DNA of 63,408 bases, the filler included, from Corallochytrium limacisporum Hawaii (Eukaryota > Protista > Pluriformea): NCBI GenBank assembly GCA_002811645.1. It is 4 parts of 4 records of this genome, joined end to end, with 100 filler letters (N's around TTAATTAATTAA, not from the genome) between each part and the next. Parts side by side here need not be neighbours in the genome. Positions count along the whole stretch, not along the records: positions 1 to 24,879 come from PDIP01000138.1; 3 more parts are not named here. One strand, written 5' to 3'. The notes under the pieces are model-generated. The model made no database searches and was not told where the DNA came from. It saw only the letters and a list, made by a program, of their open reading frames with translations. Of the stretch, positions 1 through 11,700 are shown piece after piece. Position 1 is the first letter of the stretch. Every line of letters starts with the position of its first letter. The position numbers and the translations under genes are program-made.

Positions 1-83
1 ATTATACAATCAAGATTGAAAAAGATCCTCGGGAGTCAAGTTTTTCGGAGTTTTGACCCTGACATACCAGACAGAGGGTGGTA
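1..83 (-). mobile_element. Terminus of a TA-flanked DNA transposon/MITE (TIR CCACCCTCTGTCTGG); the element continues left of the window
   Basis: The reverse complement of 1-83 matches 60873-60955 at 80/83 nt; it ends in CCAGACAGAGGGTGG followed by TA. Confidence 0.8.
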
Positions 84-648
84 ATGATTATTAAGTGTCT
101 ATTTCACTGTATGGGTTTCTCTGGGCGGTGGCCCGCGTAATATGCTTTTTGTGCTTTACTGACCGATGGTATCAGTGTGCGCAGGGCTCAACATTGGATA
201 TTGAGAAAACCCTGGGTTATTTTTCCTTTCCGTAGGCTGACTCCGATACTGTTGATTGCTTTCTGGTTTTGTAAGATCCGACCAGGGCTGCAGTGACGTG
301 CAATGGGAAATACCGGCCCTGGGGAGAATGGTGACATGCCAAGCATTTGGTCACTTGATTTGTTTTGGTTTCGATTCTGAGAAACACTTGTTATGCCTCT
401 TGATGTGATGATTAGGTAGAAGGGGACGACAATATGGACTGCCGTGGATCTGATTGACCGCTAGCCTTGCGGAAGTTCATGGTATGGCTGCATAGATCGC
501 TCCGTGCGCATACCTTTCAATCACCTTTCAAGCCGAGAGCAGCACGGACAGCCAAAGGTGTTCCTGACCATTGCCGTACTTTGGTCCCACCGAGAGTGAT
601 TTCTCAAAGTAATTTTCTAACGTAACCATTGCACCCAACGTCGCAACC

Positions 649-2148
649 ATGGGAGGTGGATCTAATGCCGCTGGCGTCTACAACATGGGTCCAGGTACCC
701 TCAACGTCCATGTGGAGAAGCTGCACGGCACGGCACGTAAATCCTTGATGGATCGCATCAAGCAGAGCGGTGACTTCGATTCGAACGGTGTAGTCCTGAT
801 GCAGGGTGGTGACAGCGAGAGCATCTACGCCTCGGACACTTCGTACCCTTTCCGCCAAGAGAAGTTCTTCTTCTATCTATTTGGTGTAAGCGAGTCTGGT
901 TTCTACGCTACGATTGATGTCAAAGATGGCAAGACCACTCTATTCTGTCCGCGCCTGCCGGAAGACTATGTCATTTGGGACGGTGTGATCTACCCTCCGA
1001 GTCACTTCACTGCAAAATACGCTGTCGACGATTGTCGCTATGTTGACGAGATGGCGCAGTTCTTGGAGCAACGGGGTCCCTCCGTGCTCTATCTCAACCG
1101 CGGGCAGAATACCGACAGTGGTAGCTACATCCCTGCGGCCTCCTTTGATGGCATCAAGTCCTTTGCCACTGACGAGACCAAACTGTACCCTCACCTTGTA
1201 GAGTGCCGTGTGCACAAGAACGAAGAGGAAATGAAGGTCCTTCGCTACATCAATGCCGTCTCTAGCAACGCCCATATTGAAATGATGGCCAAGCTGGTGC
1301 CTTTGCGGGAGCAGATGGGCAAGGCAAAGCCAGTGATGGAATATGACCTGCACTCCGTCTTTAGGCAAAGCTGCATCTTCCAAGCAGGTGCCCGTCTCGA
1401 GGCCTACGACGGCATCGTGGGCAGCGGTGAACGCGCAGCAACCCTTCACTACAATCAGAACCGCAACCCCATCCACAACGCGAGCTTTGTCCTTTGTGAC
1501 CTGGGTGCCGAGTACTTTGGCTATGCCTCCGACATTACCTGCACCTACCCGTCCAATGGCAAGTTCGATCGCGAACACAGTCTGGTGTATGAAGCTGTCC
1601 TCGATGCGAAAAACTCCGTGGAGGCTGCAGCGAAACCCGGTGTGCAGTGGCAGGACATGCACTTGTTGGCTGCACGCGTGATCCTGACTCACCTGCGCGA
1701 CTCCTTGAAGGTCCTAACCGGCGATGTTGACGAAATGCTGGAGAAAGAGATTGACGGTGTCTTCTTCCCACACGGTTTGGGTCATCTGATGGGGCTGGAC
1801 GTTCACGACGTCGGTGGTTATATCAATGGCGAAAAGCGCAGCACTCGCGTGGGTCTGAATGCCCTACGGCTGGGCCGCAAGCTTGAGGAGAGCATGTGTA
1901 TTACAGTCGAACCGGGCTGCTACTTCATCCCGGCCTTGCTGGATAAGGCCCTGGCCAACCCGGACACGGCCAAGTATTTCAACGTGGACGAACTTGAAAA
2001 GTTCCGCAAGATTGGTGGTGTACGTTTGGAGGACGATTTGCTGGTTACTAAGAATGGTCTCGAAAATCTAACCAAGGTACCGCGGACCATTCCGGAGATC
2101 GAGGCCGCCATGCGTGGTGAATACACCCCGAACGTTCTTCCCATGTAG
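649..2148 (+). CDS. PEPD: Xaa-Pro dipeptidase (prolidase, peptidase M24B)
   Basis: 499-aa ORF; FRQEKFFFYLFGV N-terminal motif; metal-ligand motifs DLGAEY..YASDIT, PHGLGHLMGLDVHDVGG, TVEPGCYF, GGVRLEDD. Confidence 0.95.
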   Translation: MGGGSNAAGVYNMGPGTLNVHVEKLHGTARKSLMDRIKQSGDFDSNGVVLMQGGDSESIYASDTSYPFRQEKFFFYLFGVSESGFYATIDVKDGKTTLFCPRLPEDYVIWDGVIYPPSHFTAKYAVDDCRYVDEMAQFLEQRGPSVLYLNRGQNTDSGSYIPAASFDGIKSFATDETKLYPHLVECRVHKNEEEMKVLRYINAVSSNAHIEMMAKLVPLREQMGKAKPVMEYDLHSVFRQSCIFQAGARLEAYDGIVGSGERAATLHYNQNRNPIHNASFVLCDLGAEYFGYASDITCTYPSNGKFDREHSLVYEAVLDAKNSVEAAAKPGVQWQDMHLLAARVILTHLRDSLKVLTGDVDEMLEKEIDGVFFPHGLGHLMGLDVHDVGGYINGEKRSTRVGLNALRLGRKLEESMCITVEPGCYFIPALLDKALANPDTAKYFNVDELEKFRKIGGVRLEDDLLVTKNGLENLTKVPRTIPEIEAAMRGEYTPNVLPM

Positions 2149-2370
2149 GAAGGTGGTATGAAAGCTGGGTTTCGATGCAGCAACCATGTTGTCTCACTAA
2201 TCAAAGTTGTCACTTGTACAGAATAGAGTTCACTGAAATAGGATTTGTATTTCTTTTTGCAGAATTTACACTAAAGGAAACTGTCTCGCCTAACAAGAAG
2301 GTATTGACTCTGATGTAAATGATGTCAACAATGACAACGGCCCTATAACGATCCCAAAACGTTGCAAAGT

Positions 2371-3210
2371 TTACAGGTGAGAGTACATGCCGCCAGCGGC
2401 GACGATTGTCTCGCAGGTGACATAGGCAGCGTCATCACTGGCCAAAAACGCAGCCACGGAAGCCATCTCGGAAGGCAGCCCAAAGCGCCTAATGGGGGTT
2501 GAGGACATGTTCTTTTCCGTCAATTCTGAATCGCTGCCATCCCACAGCTTCTCGGAGAAATTGGTCTTGATCACACCTGGAGCGATGCCGTTGACCCGGA
2601 TGCCTTCGGGGGCCAATTCAATACCCAAGGCCTTGACTAGACCAAGCAATGCCGTCTTTGACACGGAATACGGACCCAGGCCCTCCAGAGGTTGGTAGCC
2701 GGCAATGGAGGCCACGAAAGTGATCGATGATCCTTTGGGCATGTGGGGACGGGCCTCCTTGGTGAGGAAAAAGGCAGCCTTGCAGTTAGTGTCAAAGATC
2801 TTTTCCCACTGCTCCTCGGTGGTGTTCATCATGGGTCCAAATGCTGGGTTTGCGGCGGCGTTGTTAACCAGGACATCAATCTTGCCATACTTTTGCACCA
2901 CGTTGTTTATCAGGTCGATACGGTGTTCCTTCTTGCCGACATGGCAGACCTGACCATCAACACTCAGACCCATACCGCGGAGCTCAGCCAGCTTTTCGTC
3001 AACGTTTTCCTGCTTACGGCTGGAGATGTAGACGTGGGCACCCTCTTGACCCAGACGCTCAGCGATGGCAAGGCCGATACCAGCAGTGGCAGCGGTCACG
3101 ACCGCAACCTTACCCTCAAGGCGCCGCGGAACGGCTGCTGTTGACATGTACCGAATGCCATTGCGGTTGAATGCTTTGACTGCTGCGGACCGTGCAAAGG
3201 AGATCATCAT
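2371..3210 (-). CDS. DHRS4: Peroxisomal SDR carbonyl reductase (DHRS4-like) with C-terminal PTS1 (SHL)
   Basis: VTAATAGIG Rossmann motif, SSRKQENVD, NNAAANP, catalytic YSVSK, ends -SHL. First ATG at 3210 (gccATG); the ORF-track start at 3225 is not ATG. Confidence 0.9.
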   Translation of the reverse strand: MMISFARSAAVKAFNRNGIRYMSTAAVPRRLEGKVAVVTAATAGIGLAIAERLGQEGAHVYISSRKQENVDEKLAELRGMGLSVDGQVCHVGKKEHRIDLINNVVQKYGKIDVLVNNAAANPAFGPMMNTTEEQWEKIFDTNCKAAFFLTKEARPHMPKGSSITFVASIAGYQPLEGLGPYSVSKTALLGLVKALGIELAPEGIRVNGIAPGVIKTNFSEKLWDGSDSELTEKNMSSTPIRRFGLPSEMASVAAFLASDDAAYVTCETIVAAGGMYSHL

Positions 3211-4152
3211 GGCTAGTAGAAACAAAGTGACTAACCTGTGTTATCCTCCTTGGACAATCCAGCCAGAAGCTCTTGAAACTCGCCGGATCATATACCTTGG
3301 CTCTTGACACTCGAATTCCTGCCGCACCGAAAACCGAGGCAGCGGCTCAAACTGTACCGTTGTTCTATGGAGCAAGGAGGACGGCGTTATTCCGCTCGCG
3401 AGGATGCGTGCGTGGCTGAATCAGATCGCTGTACCCCAAAAACATTACCGGGTGTAGGGAAGGTAGGCTGTGAATCCTTGTACAACCCCAATAGCCAGTA
3501 CATTGTTGAGCACAGCTAGCAGGACGACAACCGAACCGGCAGGGAGTGCCACACGAATTCTTCCAGGAGACAGTAATTGGTTTCCTTTTCAGTGTAAGGA
3601 CAGCAGTTACGGCCAGAATGAACCGGATTCTGTTAGCCCATCAGCTGGACCTCCAACAGGTTTCCGGCCCCGTGGGGTACATACTGAGTGCGGAGTCTAA
3701 AAATAAAACAAAGGACTCCCGTCCCAACGATCTTTCTTGACCGCGGTCCACCAGTAGACCAGGCCCCCCTTCGGTGACCCAACCATTACGGAAAGGTAGA
3801 AATAGGCCCCTGAACTTATCAAGGTTTTTATTGATTTATTTGTGGGTCGCGGTTGGAATCCAATGTGAAGGTGTGGGGCCCGAGGGTCCACCGCCACCCG
3901 CACCCCCCTCCACCCCCCCCCGGGGGTGGGGGGGGTGGGGGTCTTCAGCGACCCGCCTCCTGATACACACCGACCCGCCCGCCACGTGAGGGGACCAGAG
4001 TATATACCAGGGAAATCACGACGTGGTGCACATTATTTCTTATTGTTGTTGGGTTCTGTGATCTCTTTGTGGTACTAATAAATTCACATATGCAGAAGAC
4101 TGTACTGCTGGGAGGAAATTATACTCTGAGGTTACATGAAGTGAGATTCGAA

Positions 4153-5256
4153 ATGGCCGATCAGAGGGTCTCTAGAAGCCCAGCATTTGAGGAGAGCAGC
4201 AGTAATGCGCCGACAAAACTGGGCACGGGTGAAAAACAAGAAACGGAAGCCATGGACACAATAGAGAAAGACACAGCTAATGCAGGACCGACAGTGACAG
4301 TAACGGGCGGCCTGGTTGACTACTCATCCTCAGAAAACGACTCGGATGGGGAATCTGAATCTTCGAAAGCTTTCTCCACATCGTCCGAAATCGATGAGAC
4401 GTCGGAGGAAGAAGTCGAGGGAGCGTTGAAAGGTGTCAAGAATCACACCGAAATTGCAGCACTCTATGCCGGAACCGGGCCAAGAGACGACGAAGATGAA
4501 GAAGACGGGGCCCTTTCTAAACCGCACATTCCAAAGTCCGCAAATGAAATACTTCCGAACGAACTGCCCCCGGTAGATAATTTGTCTCTGCTCCAGCTTA
4601 GGGACATTGACCACCTAATACAGATGGGAACAGTACAAGGACAAATTGATGGATTCTTGGTGATCGAGGCATTGCCGTCAGTACCGGCACTGGACGTGGA
4701 CTCGGTGCTGTGGTTCAGCGACCGTCATCCCGTTGGCAAGGTCTTTGAGACCTTCGGTCCTGTGCAGAAGCCCAATTATTCCATCCGCATACCCTTCGGA
4801 GGGTTTGAAAGGGTTGGCAGAGACAACGATGCTGATGGGGAAGAAGTCAAACCTGGCATGAAGATATTTTATGCACCTACCAACAGGGACTTTACCCTCT
4901 ACGTCCTCGTTTCACAAATTGCCATGATTAAAGGCAGTGACGCAAGCTGGGAACACGACGAGGAGCCACCGGCTGAAGTGCTGGACTATTCCGACGATGA
5001 AGAGGAGCGCATGGCTAAGCAGCGGCTCAAGTTTGTGAAAAGAAAGCAGAAGCAACAAGGTCAGAGGCCGCCTGCTATGGCAAAGGAACCGGGCGTGCCA
5101 TCGCAGCCGCCGCAGTCGTCTGCATCAGGGCCCCCCGTGGTGGCCCCGCTCAAGGAAGAGCAGTCCCCCAATCCTGCGGCCGCGGCGACGAAGAACCGTG
5201 AGCCCGAGAGTGGTGGTGAGAAAAAGGACATGGCGGATGCTATGTTATACATGTAA
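4153..5256 (+). CDS. NAF1: H/ACA ribonucleoprotein assembly factor NAF1 (Gar1/Naf1 domain)
   Basis: Acidic N-terminus; GKVFETFGPVQKPNYSIR; KGSDASWEHDEEPP..LDYSDDEEER signature. Start uncertain (ATG at 4090 or 4153). Confidence 0.9.
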   Translation: MADQRVSRSPAFEESSSNAPTKLGTGEKQETEAMDTIEKDTANAGPTVTVTGGLVDYSSSENDSDGESESSKAFSTSSEIDETSEEEVEGALKGVKNHTEIAALYAGTGPRDDEDEEDGALSKPHIPKSANEILPNELPPVDNLSLLQLRDIDHLIQMGTVQGQIDGFLVIEALPSVPALDVDSVLWFSDRHPVGKVFETFGPVQKPNYSIRIPFGGFERVGRDNDADGEEVKPGMKIFYAPTNRDFTLYVLVSQIAMIKGSDASWEHDEEPPAEVLDYSDDEEERMAKQRLKFVKRKQKQQGQRPPAMAKEPGVPSQPPQSSASGPPVVAPLKEEQSPNPAAAATKNREPESGGEKKDMADAMLYM

Positions 5257-5417
5257 AGAACATGTTTGTAATCAATTCCGAAGGGCACTCCGGTGATGGA
5301 TTCAGACAAGTAAAGAACACTATTTAACTAAGCACAAATCACATACGACTATGTCTTTAGAAACGGTAATATGTTTAATATGATGTCAAATGTTGTACTT
5401 GAGCCAAGCAAATGCTT

Positions 5418-8400
5418 TCAAACACTACTGCCAGTGCTGCCAGTCAGACTGAGATGACTGCGACTATACAGTTCGTCAGAGTTGACAACAGGCAAAGGCA
5501 CGTGTCCACCGGCGAGCATGGTCACAACCTCTGCAAAGTTAGGCCTCAGTTTCGGTTGCAGCTCAAAGCACCGGGCAATGCACGCGCGCACATGTGCAGG
5601 GCAGGTTGACGGCAGCTCCACCCTACCGCCTTGCTCGAGGTATGCAATGATCTTCTGGTCTGCAATGTTCGGGTAGGGTACTCTGTCGCAAAAATCGTAG
5701 ATCTCCCAGACCAGCACTGCAAACGACCAAACGTCCGCCTTGGATGAGAATTTGCGGCGCGTGATGGATTCAGGCGCAAGCCAGCGCAAGGGCAAGGCGC
5801 GAGCGCTGTTGGCAGTGTAATAGTTCTCATCGGCGTGCAGGGCGCGAGAGAGGCCAAAGTCAGCAATCTTTGCGGCACCGTTGGCGTCTAGCAGGACGTT
5901 GCGGGCCGCCAGATCGCGGTGCACAACGTTCATGGATTCGAGATAAGCCATACCATCCGCGACCTGTTGCGCAAAGAGCAGCAGCTGGCGCTGTGGCAGG
6001 GACTTGCCAAACTGCCACATGTACGACTCCAGGGCCCCCAGGTGGCAAAATTCAGTAATAATGCCCAGAGGCCCGTCCGCGAAAAGCGTGAGACCAATCA
6101 GCTTTACGATGTTTGGGTGGCTCAGGTTGCTCATGGTGCAAGCTTCGTTTAGGAGGTCGTCACGGGCCAAATTGTCCATGCGCTGCGCCCTCACCTTCTT
6201 AACAGCAACGGTAGTTGTGCCATTGACGGCGACTCCGGTCGATCCATCAGATGAGGATGGGTTGTCCTCGTTGAGAATCGCAATGAAGACTTCACCGAGG
6301 GATCCACTGCCCAGAAGGCGGCCTAGAGACAGATGGCCGGCATCCATGTATGTGATGCCAGCGGCCTCAGTGTCACGTTGCACTTCTGCAGAGTTTACCG
6401 AACTGAAGGACTGCACCATGCTGGACTGTGTGCTCTGGGTCGACGTTCGCATGTATCTTGCACCAGCGGCGCCACTGGCGAGACCAGCACCAAGGCCGAC
6501 ACCCAGCGCAGCGGATGGCGCCAAACGGTTGACCCCGGCATAAGACATCGATGTCTGACTGTGTCCGCTCGCGTAGGTGTCGCTTAGGTTGCCAGAGGTG
6601 GGGAGAGTTGTCTCACTACGGTCGTACGAAACAGTTGAGGAGTGTTCGTTGGTAGTCGATTGATTGGCAACTGAAATTGTAGAATTCTGCTTTCCCAGCA
6701 CGGTCCGGTCAAAGGAAGCGGCAGCCAGGCCGCTCTTACCAGACCCACACTTCTCCGAAGAGTAGTATGCGGCGTCGCTGAGACGCTTTGCAGACGCAGT
6801 TCCATCGTTGGAGCTGGCGGTGTCATCACCCATTGCACCACGAAGTTGCTTGTTCATGCGCCACATTGCGTAGGTGAAGAACCCAATGGCCAGCGCCAAT
6901 ACAGCCATGACGGGCACATAAATCACCGCGGGGTTGACGTCATCATCGCCAGAGTCCCCGCTCGCGTCCTGGTTTTCGGAACTCACATTAACGGCACCAA
7001 GTTCGCTGAAAGGTGGCTTGGCCGAATCAGCATCGGCGGCACACTTGTCGTCCGACACGGGGATGCCCTCAGAATTCAGTGCCGGCGGCTTGCAGAGACA
7101 ATTCGATGATCCTGAGAAGTTCTGGCAGACAAATTGGCAGCCTCCGTTCGACTGCAAACAATCATTCACGTCGACACAGAAGCTCTGCCCACTGCCGTCA
7201 GGCGCGGGGACCGCCTCGTACCCGGAGGCACAGTTTGGACCCATAGTGCGGGTGTTGGCGGAGCCCACTGCTTCTAGCGCGTCGTAGACCCACAGATCCT
7301 GGAGGCTAACCCAGCCACCATCACTCGTCCTACTCTGGCCGCCACCAACCGATAGGAAGCCAGCTTGGTCCATCCAGGAGTACGACGCGGCCCGGGCTCC
7401 GGGAGAGGTAGCAGACACAGGCGTGTTTTTATCATTCATGGCACCACCGACATAGGTCCACTCTCCGAGATTCAACGGATCAAGCTCCATGTCGTAGATC
7501 CACACGTCCTCGAGATAGCCTGCCTGGGACGCCACGGCGGCGGTTGCGTTGTCGGCTCTGTCAGCGCCGATACCGTAGCCGCCGTAGATCACAAGGCGGT
7601 CATCAGGTGTGACACCAGCGCCTGCGACGCGGCTCCGACCTCCAGGATTCGTGATTCGCGCCTGGGTAATGTCACCGTCACTGTCGGATGGGCTGTTGAC
7701 AGTGGTCGGGCCCTTGAGCAGGAACCAATACGAAGAGGTCACATTGAAGAGCCATGTGTCCGCAAGGTAGCCATTGCCATCTTGCGAACTGCCAACGCCG
7801 TAGCCTCCAAAGAGGTAGAAGCCGTCGCGCTCTTGTCCACTGTGGACCAAGACACTGTTCGCCCGAGCAGATGGGTTCGAACGGATTTGATCGTCAACGA
7901 CAATGCCGTTAAGAATGTCCTGAGATACAATGAAGGACTCTTGGTTGATTGAAGGCGGTCCCTTTATCCAGATCCAAACCTTTTGGCTGACATCGTACTT
8001 CCACAGATCGGCAAGCAGGCCGTATGTGCGACGACTGCTCATGCCGTAGCCACCGAAGACCCAGAAGTTACCTTCACGGTCCATGGCACAGCTGTGACCT
8101 TGGCGCGCACCTGGAGCGGAGGCTGCGTCGACTGCATTGACGGCGATGCCGTTTCGGGGCTCAAACGCCAGGCCAGAGCCACTGACCCAGCCCCAAGCGT
8201 TAAGTTCACGGTTGTAGACCCAGAGATCTCCGAGGTCACCGTACTCTCCAGTCTTGTCGAAGCCACTACCTCCGTACACATAGAGCAAGCCTGAATCTGA
8301 GGCTACCATGCAGTGGCTGTGACGGGCTGACGGAATGGCCTGAACAACGGGTGCTCCGTTGCCAGCGAAATAGCCAGTGTCATTGCCTGGAGCACGGATC

Positions 8401-8702
8401 GCATTCCATTTGTCCTCTATAATATCGTAAGCCCAAAGGTCATTAAGGTCTTTGAAAAGGGTCTCATTTGCGTCACCTGACGCTGACTCTACGTATCCTT
8501 TGCCTCCGAAAAGGTAGAGATTACTGTCAGACGTGTAGGCAGTGGCGGTGTCCCAGCGCACTCCCGGTGCCGAACTAGTTCCATCTGTTGGTAAAACCGG
8601 AAGAATTGGATCCGTGTCCGCTTTCCTTATATTGGTCCATTGCGCAGACGCCGATCCAATTGCCACTACGGCAATATTTGAAACTACAAAACCGAACCGC
8701 AT
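5418..8702 (-). CDS. Receptor tyrosine kinase: signal peptide, Kelch-like beta-propeller, Ca-binding EGF-like module, TM helix, tyrosine kinase domain
   Basis: 1094 aa; repeated LYxFGG..DLWxY..W blades; CVDVNDC..GGC..C EGF; TM AVIYVPVMAVLALAIGFFTYAMW; GSGSLG, VAVK, HRDLAARN, DFG, ENYY, LPLRWLAPE. Confidence 0.92.
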   Translation of the reverse strand: MRFGFVVSNIAVVAIGSASAQWTNIRKADTDPILPVLPTDGTSSAPGVRWDTATAYTSDSNLYLFGGKGYVESASGDANETLFKDLNDLWAYDIIEDKWNAIRAPGNDTGYFAGNGAPVVQAIPSARHSHCMVASDSGLLYVYGGSGFDKTGEYGDLGDLWVYNRELNAWGWVSGSGLAFEPRNGIAVNAVDAASAPGARQGHSCAMDREGNFWVFGGYGMSSRRTYGLLADLWKYDVSQKVWIWIKGPPSINQESFIVSQDILNGIVVDDQIRSNPSARANSVLVHSGQERDGFYLFGGYGVGSSQDGNGYLADTWLFNVTSSYWFLLKGPTTVNSPSDSDGDITQARITNPGGRSRVAGAGVTPDDRLVIYGGYGIGADRADNATAAVASQAGYLEDVWIYDMELDPLNLGEWTYVGGAMNDKNTPVSATSPGARAASYSWMDQAGFLSVGGGQSRTSDGGWVSLQDLWVYDALEAVGSANTRTMGPNCASGYEAVPAPDGSGQSFCVDVNDCLQSNGGCQFVCQNFSGSSNCLCKPPALNSEGIPVSDDKCAADADSAKPPFSELGAVNVSSENQDASGDSGDDDVNPAVIYVPVMAVLALAIGFFTYAMWRMNKQLRGAMGDDTASSNDGTASAKRLSDAAYYSSEKCGSGKSGLAAASFDRTVLGKQNSTISVANQSTTNEHSSTVSYDRSETTLPTSGNLSDTYASGHSQTSMSYAGVNRLAPSAALGVGLGAGLASGAAGARYMRTSTQSTQSSMVQSFSSVNSAEVQRDTEAAGITYMDAGHLSLGRLLGSGSLGEVFIAILNEDNPSSSDGSTGVAVNGTTTVAVKKVRAQRMDNLARDDLLNEACTMSNLSHPNIVKLIGLTLFADGPLGIITEFCHLGALESYMWQFGKSLPQRQLLLFAQQVADGMAYLESMNVVHRDLAARNVLLDANGAAKIADFGLSRALHADENYYTANSARALPLRWLAPESITRRKFSSKADVWSFAVLVWEIYDFCDRVPYPNIADQKIIAYLEQGGRVELPSTCPAHVRACIARCFELQPKLRPNFAEVVTMLAGGHVPLPVVNSDELYSRSHLSLTGSTGSSV

Positions 8703-11700
8703 TTTTTGTTCCGGTGTGGTGGTATTCTAAAGTTCAATCTTTTTCAGTCTTCTATCTGAATTATGGCTCACTCTGTCCACCCATCATGGCTTTTTCTCTT
8801 TAGATCTATATTCCTAGTTCTATATGCTTTTCTTTGTCTAGAACCCACTAGGAGATTGTTTTACACACATTAGGTCACATATCGATGCCTAGGTAAATTG
8901 ATCCATATCTGAAATACCAAACTATTATGATGACAACTCAATCTTCATATATTCTAGCAAAAGCCGGTATGGATATCATCCCTAAGAGCGATATCACAAT
9001 AACATTAGCATAACTAAATTATCAAACAAATGGAACATCAGCGCCGAGAATAAACGAAACTCCAAGGTGGAAGTAAGAGAGTAGACGGGTCCACCACAAA
9101 GTTGAAGCAATATGACCAAGTCTCCCACTCCCCCCACCAGCTGACGCCCGAATCGCCATTTATTCAATATGAAAATGCGTCAGACTGTCCTACCAGCGAC
9201 GAAGGGGGAGCAATTTGTGGTCGCAGTGGTTCGACTATGGGAAAAGTCGCAAGGGTTTGTACGTAGCAGATAGGGTGTCCAAGGCACTCCGCGAGGCCAT
9301 GGGTCTCAGTATTGTGGATGTACTGCACAAAATGTCACCGCGTTCGACCGGAGGTAATCAGCGGGGTGGAGAAAAAAGTGGCTCAATTACTTCGCGAATG
9401 TGTATTTGACCCGTCTATACATAAAGTACTGAATTTTTCAGTCCATGGTCTCTACTATCGTGGTACAAAGGTGACCATACTGTGCCCTGCTCAGCCATTT
9501 CGCACTGAAATGGCTCAAATCGCATGAGAAAGGAAAGAAAAAAAGGTGAAAATTTTTGGATGAACTGGTAAGAACGGTTTCTGTTCGGCGGACCTTTCCC
9601 CCCTCCCCTTCCCCCAACTTTCTCTTTTCTTCCCCCCCTCCCCCTTCCTCCTCCCCCTGGACCTTCCCTCCGCCTCTGCCCCTCCCTCAGTCCCCGGGCA
9701 CCAGAAACTAGGAAGGTATTATCCTGGCTATTACTGTCCAGCACTTGGCAACTGTTTCAAGAATCATTGATAAGCAATAGAAAGAGGGAAGGAAAGGGGG
9801 GGAGGGGGAGACGAAGTGCAGGCTCTTCGGTGGTTGCACGCGATTCCAAGTAACACTGGAGAAGTCTGAGGCGGCAGGGACATCCCCCCCCCTCCCGAGG
9901 GTAGCGGGTATGAGACGGTGGTGGAGTGAATGGAAGGAGCCACACGGGGAGAAAAGTTTCTTGTTCGAACAGTTGCGGGTAGAATCAGAGTCGTTGGATT
10001 TCTAACTCCTAGCTAAGGGAAGGGGGGTGTGATGGATGGCTAGGGTCGATGGAACCAAAGAAAAAACAATTTCTTCATGGCATGCCATGAACTCGCCGCG
10101 GTTGAAAAGAAGAGGTTGTTTTTGTGGGAAGAGGGGTGTGGAGAAGAGGGGAGAGGGGAGACTAAGTAAAAGAGTGTGAACGTCGCAGGGGCCTAGAATG
10201 AGTCGAAAGAATAAAGCCCTGCTGTACCGCAATACCTCTCCAACCGCTGAGCCCCGATGCTCGATGCCTTTTGGCGGCTTATTCCGCGTGAGGTGTGGTC
10301 TTACAAGTATCGTTGGCCAGACAAATGGGTATTCAATATGACGATGAAAGTTGCGTAACGGGGTACTGTCTGACTATGTCCGAGGGGTCCGTCAAACCCG
10401 ACGGCGTCCAGACAACAATTTTGGAGTATTCACCGAATATTCTCCCGGAGGGCCTCTGGCATCCGTTCATCGAAACTGAGTCCCTATTTACATACTGAAA
10501 GAATGCCAAATTTCGGTAAAAGAATGCTCGATGTTTATGTATTCGTTCGCCCCGTCTGCACCCCTTTCGGGTATTGAGGCTGCCTAAATCAGAAGACGTC
10601 GTTCTGGGCCTTTCATCGGCTGGGAACGGTTCGCAGGGTGTACCAATAGTCGCGGTTGGTTCACGGCGGCGGGGTATGAGGCATTAGCTGCGTATACTGA
10701 ATGTACTGGTGTGGTCGCTGAGTGTGCGGCGTACCCAAATCGTATAGTACAATGGGAGCCAATTGTAAGAGGCTTGCGGATATTTCGTAGAGTGCTAACA
10801 GTACGGTTAAGATCGGTCCTACGAGGCAGGCACGTATGGCGGTTCATATGAATTCTCATCCATGTGCCACAATAGAAATCGAGCGCATGCAGAAAGGGGA
10901 GGGCTAGTGATTGGTAGTTCGTAGAGTAATGAGTAATAAATTCCAGAGAGATCAAAAGGGTAGGTTGAGAATGAGAGCTAGAGGGAGAGGAGACGGATAA
11001 AGGCGCTCACCGAAGAGTAGTCTGAATTGAGTTAACCAGCCAACCGTAAGGAGAATCAGCTTCTGAATCAGAAGGCTCCGATCTAGTTCACTGGTCCACA
11101 GTAGGATCGCACTGCAACACTTGCTAGCCAGGGGCCTCGTTCCAAGGCGATGATCGTGGGCAGCAACAGGGACGTATCACCCCCCCAACCCATTTGCGGA
11201 TCGACGAACGGTTTCTCTCCATCGCCGGCAACTTCGTCATGTGGGACACATTCCGACTGCTGAAACATCCATAAGCTCCATACCATGGCAAACACCCAAA
11301 ACCTCTTGAGCCATGTTAAGTAGAGTAGGGCATGAAAGGAGCACAACATCGAATACAGAAGAGGCCATCAACCACGAAGGCGTCCCAGGCCGTTTGTATG
11401 TAGATGATGTTCCTCTCCCACGCCCAACCCCCATGGGAGATCCAGATGCAAATATGAAGAGTATGGAGAAGTGCATTAGAACGTGCGTGACATAAATGAA
11501 GATTCCGTACGATACAATAGTGAGAAACAATAAGTCAGTGACAAACGAAAAGAGGAAATGATACCTTGTTGCACAAGATCTCGCAACATACGTTTCTGTT
11601 CACCCCGACGAGACCACGATTTGCGAGAACTCGCAACCATCTCGGTTGTAACGGCAAACAATAAGCCGCGGCTTCTGCCTCAGACCTTCCCACGGGTACC

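Noticed and set aside
9214-9245. tRNA-like A/B-box fragments (GTGGTCGCAGTGGTTCGA)
   Set aside because: No cloverleaf or correct box spacing; I could not support any tRNA, rRNA or CRISPR array in the window
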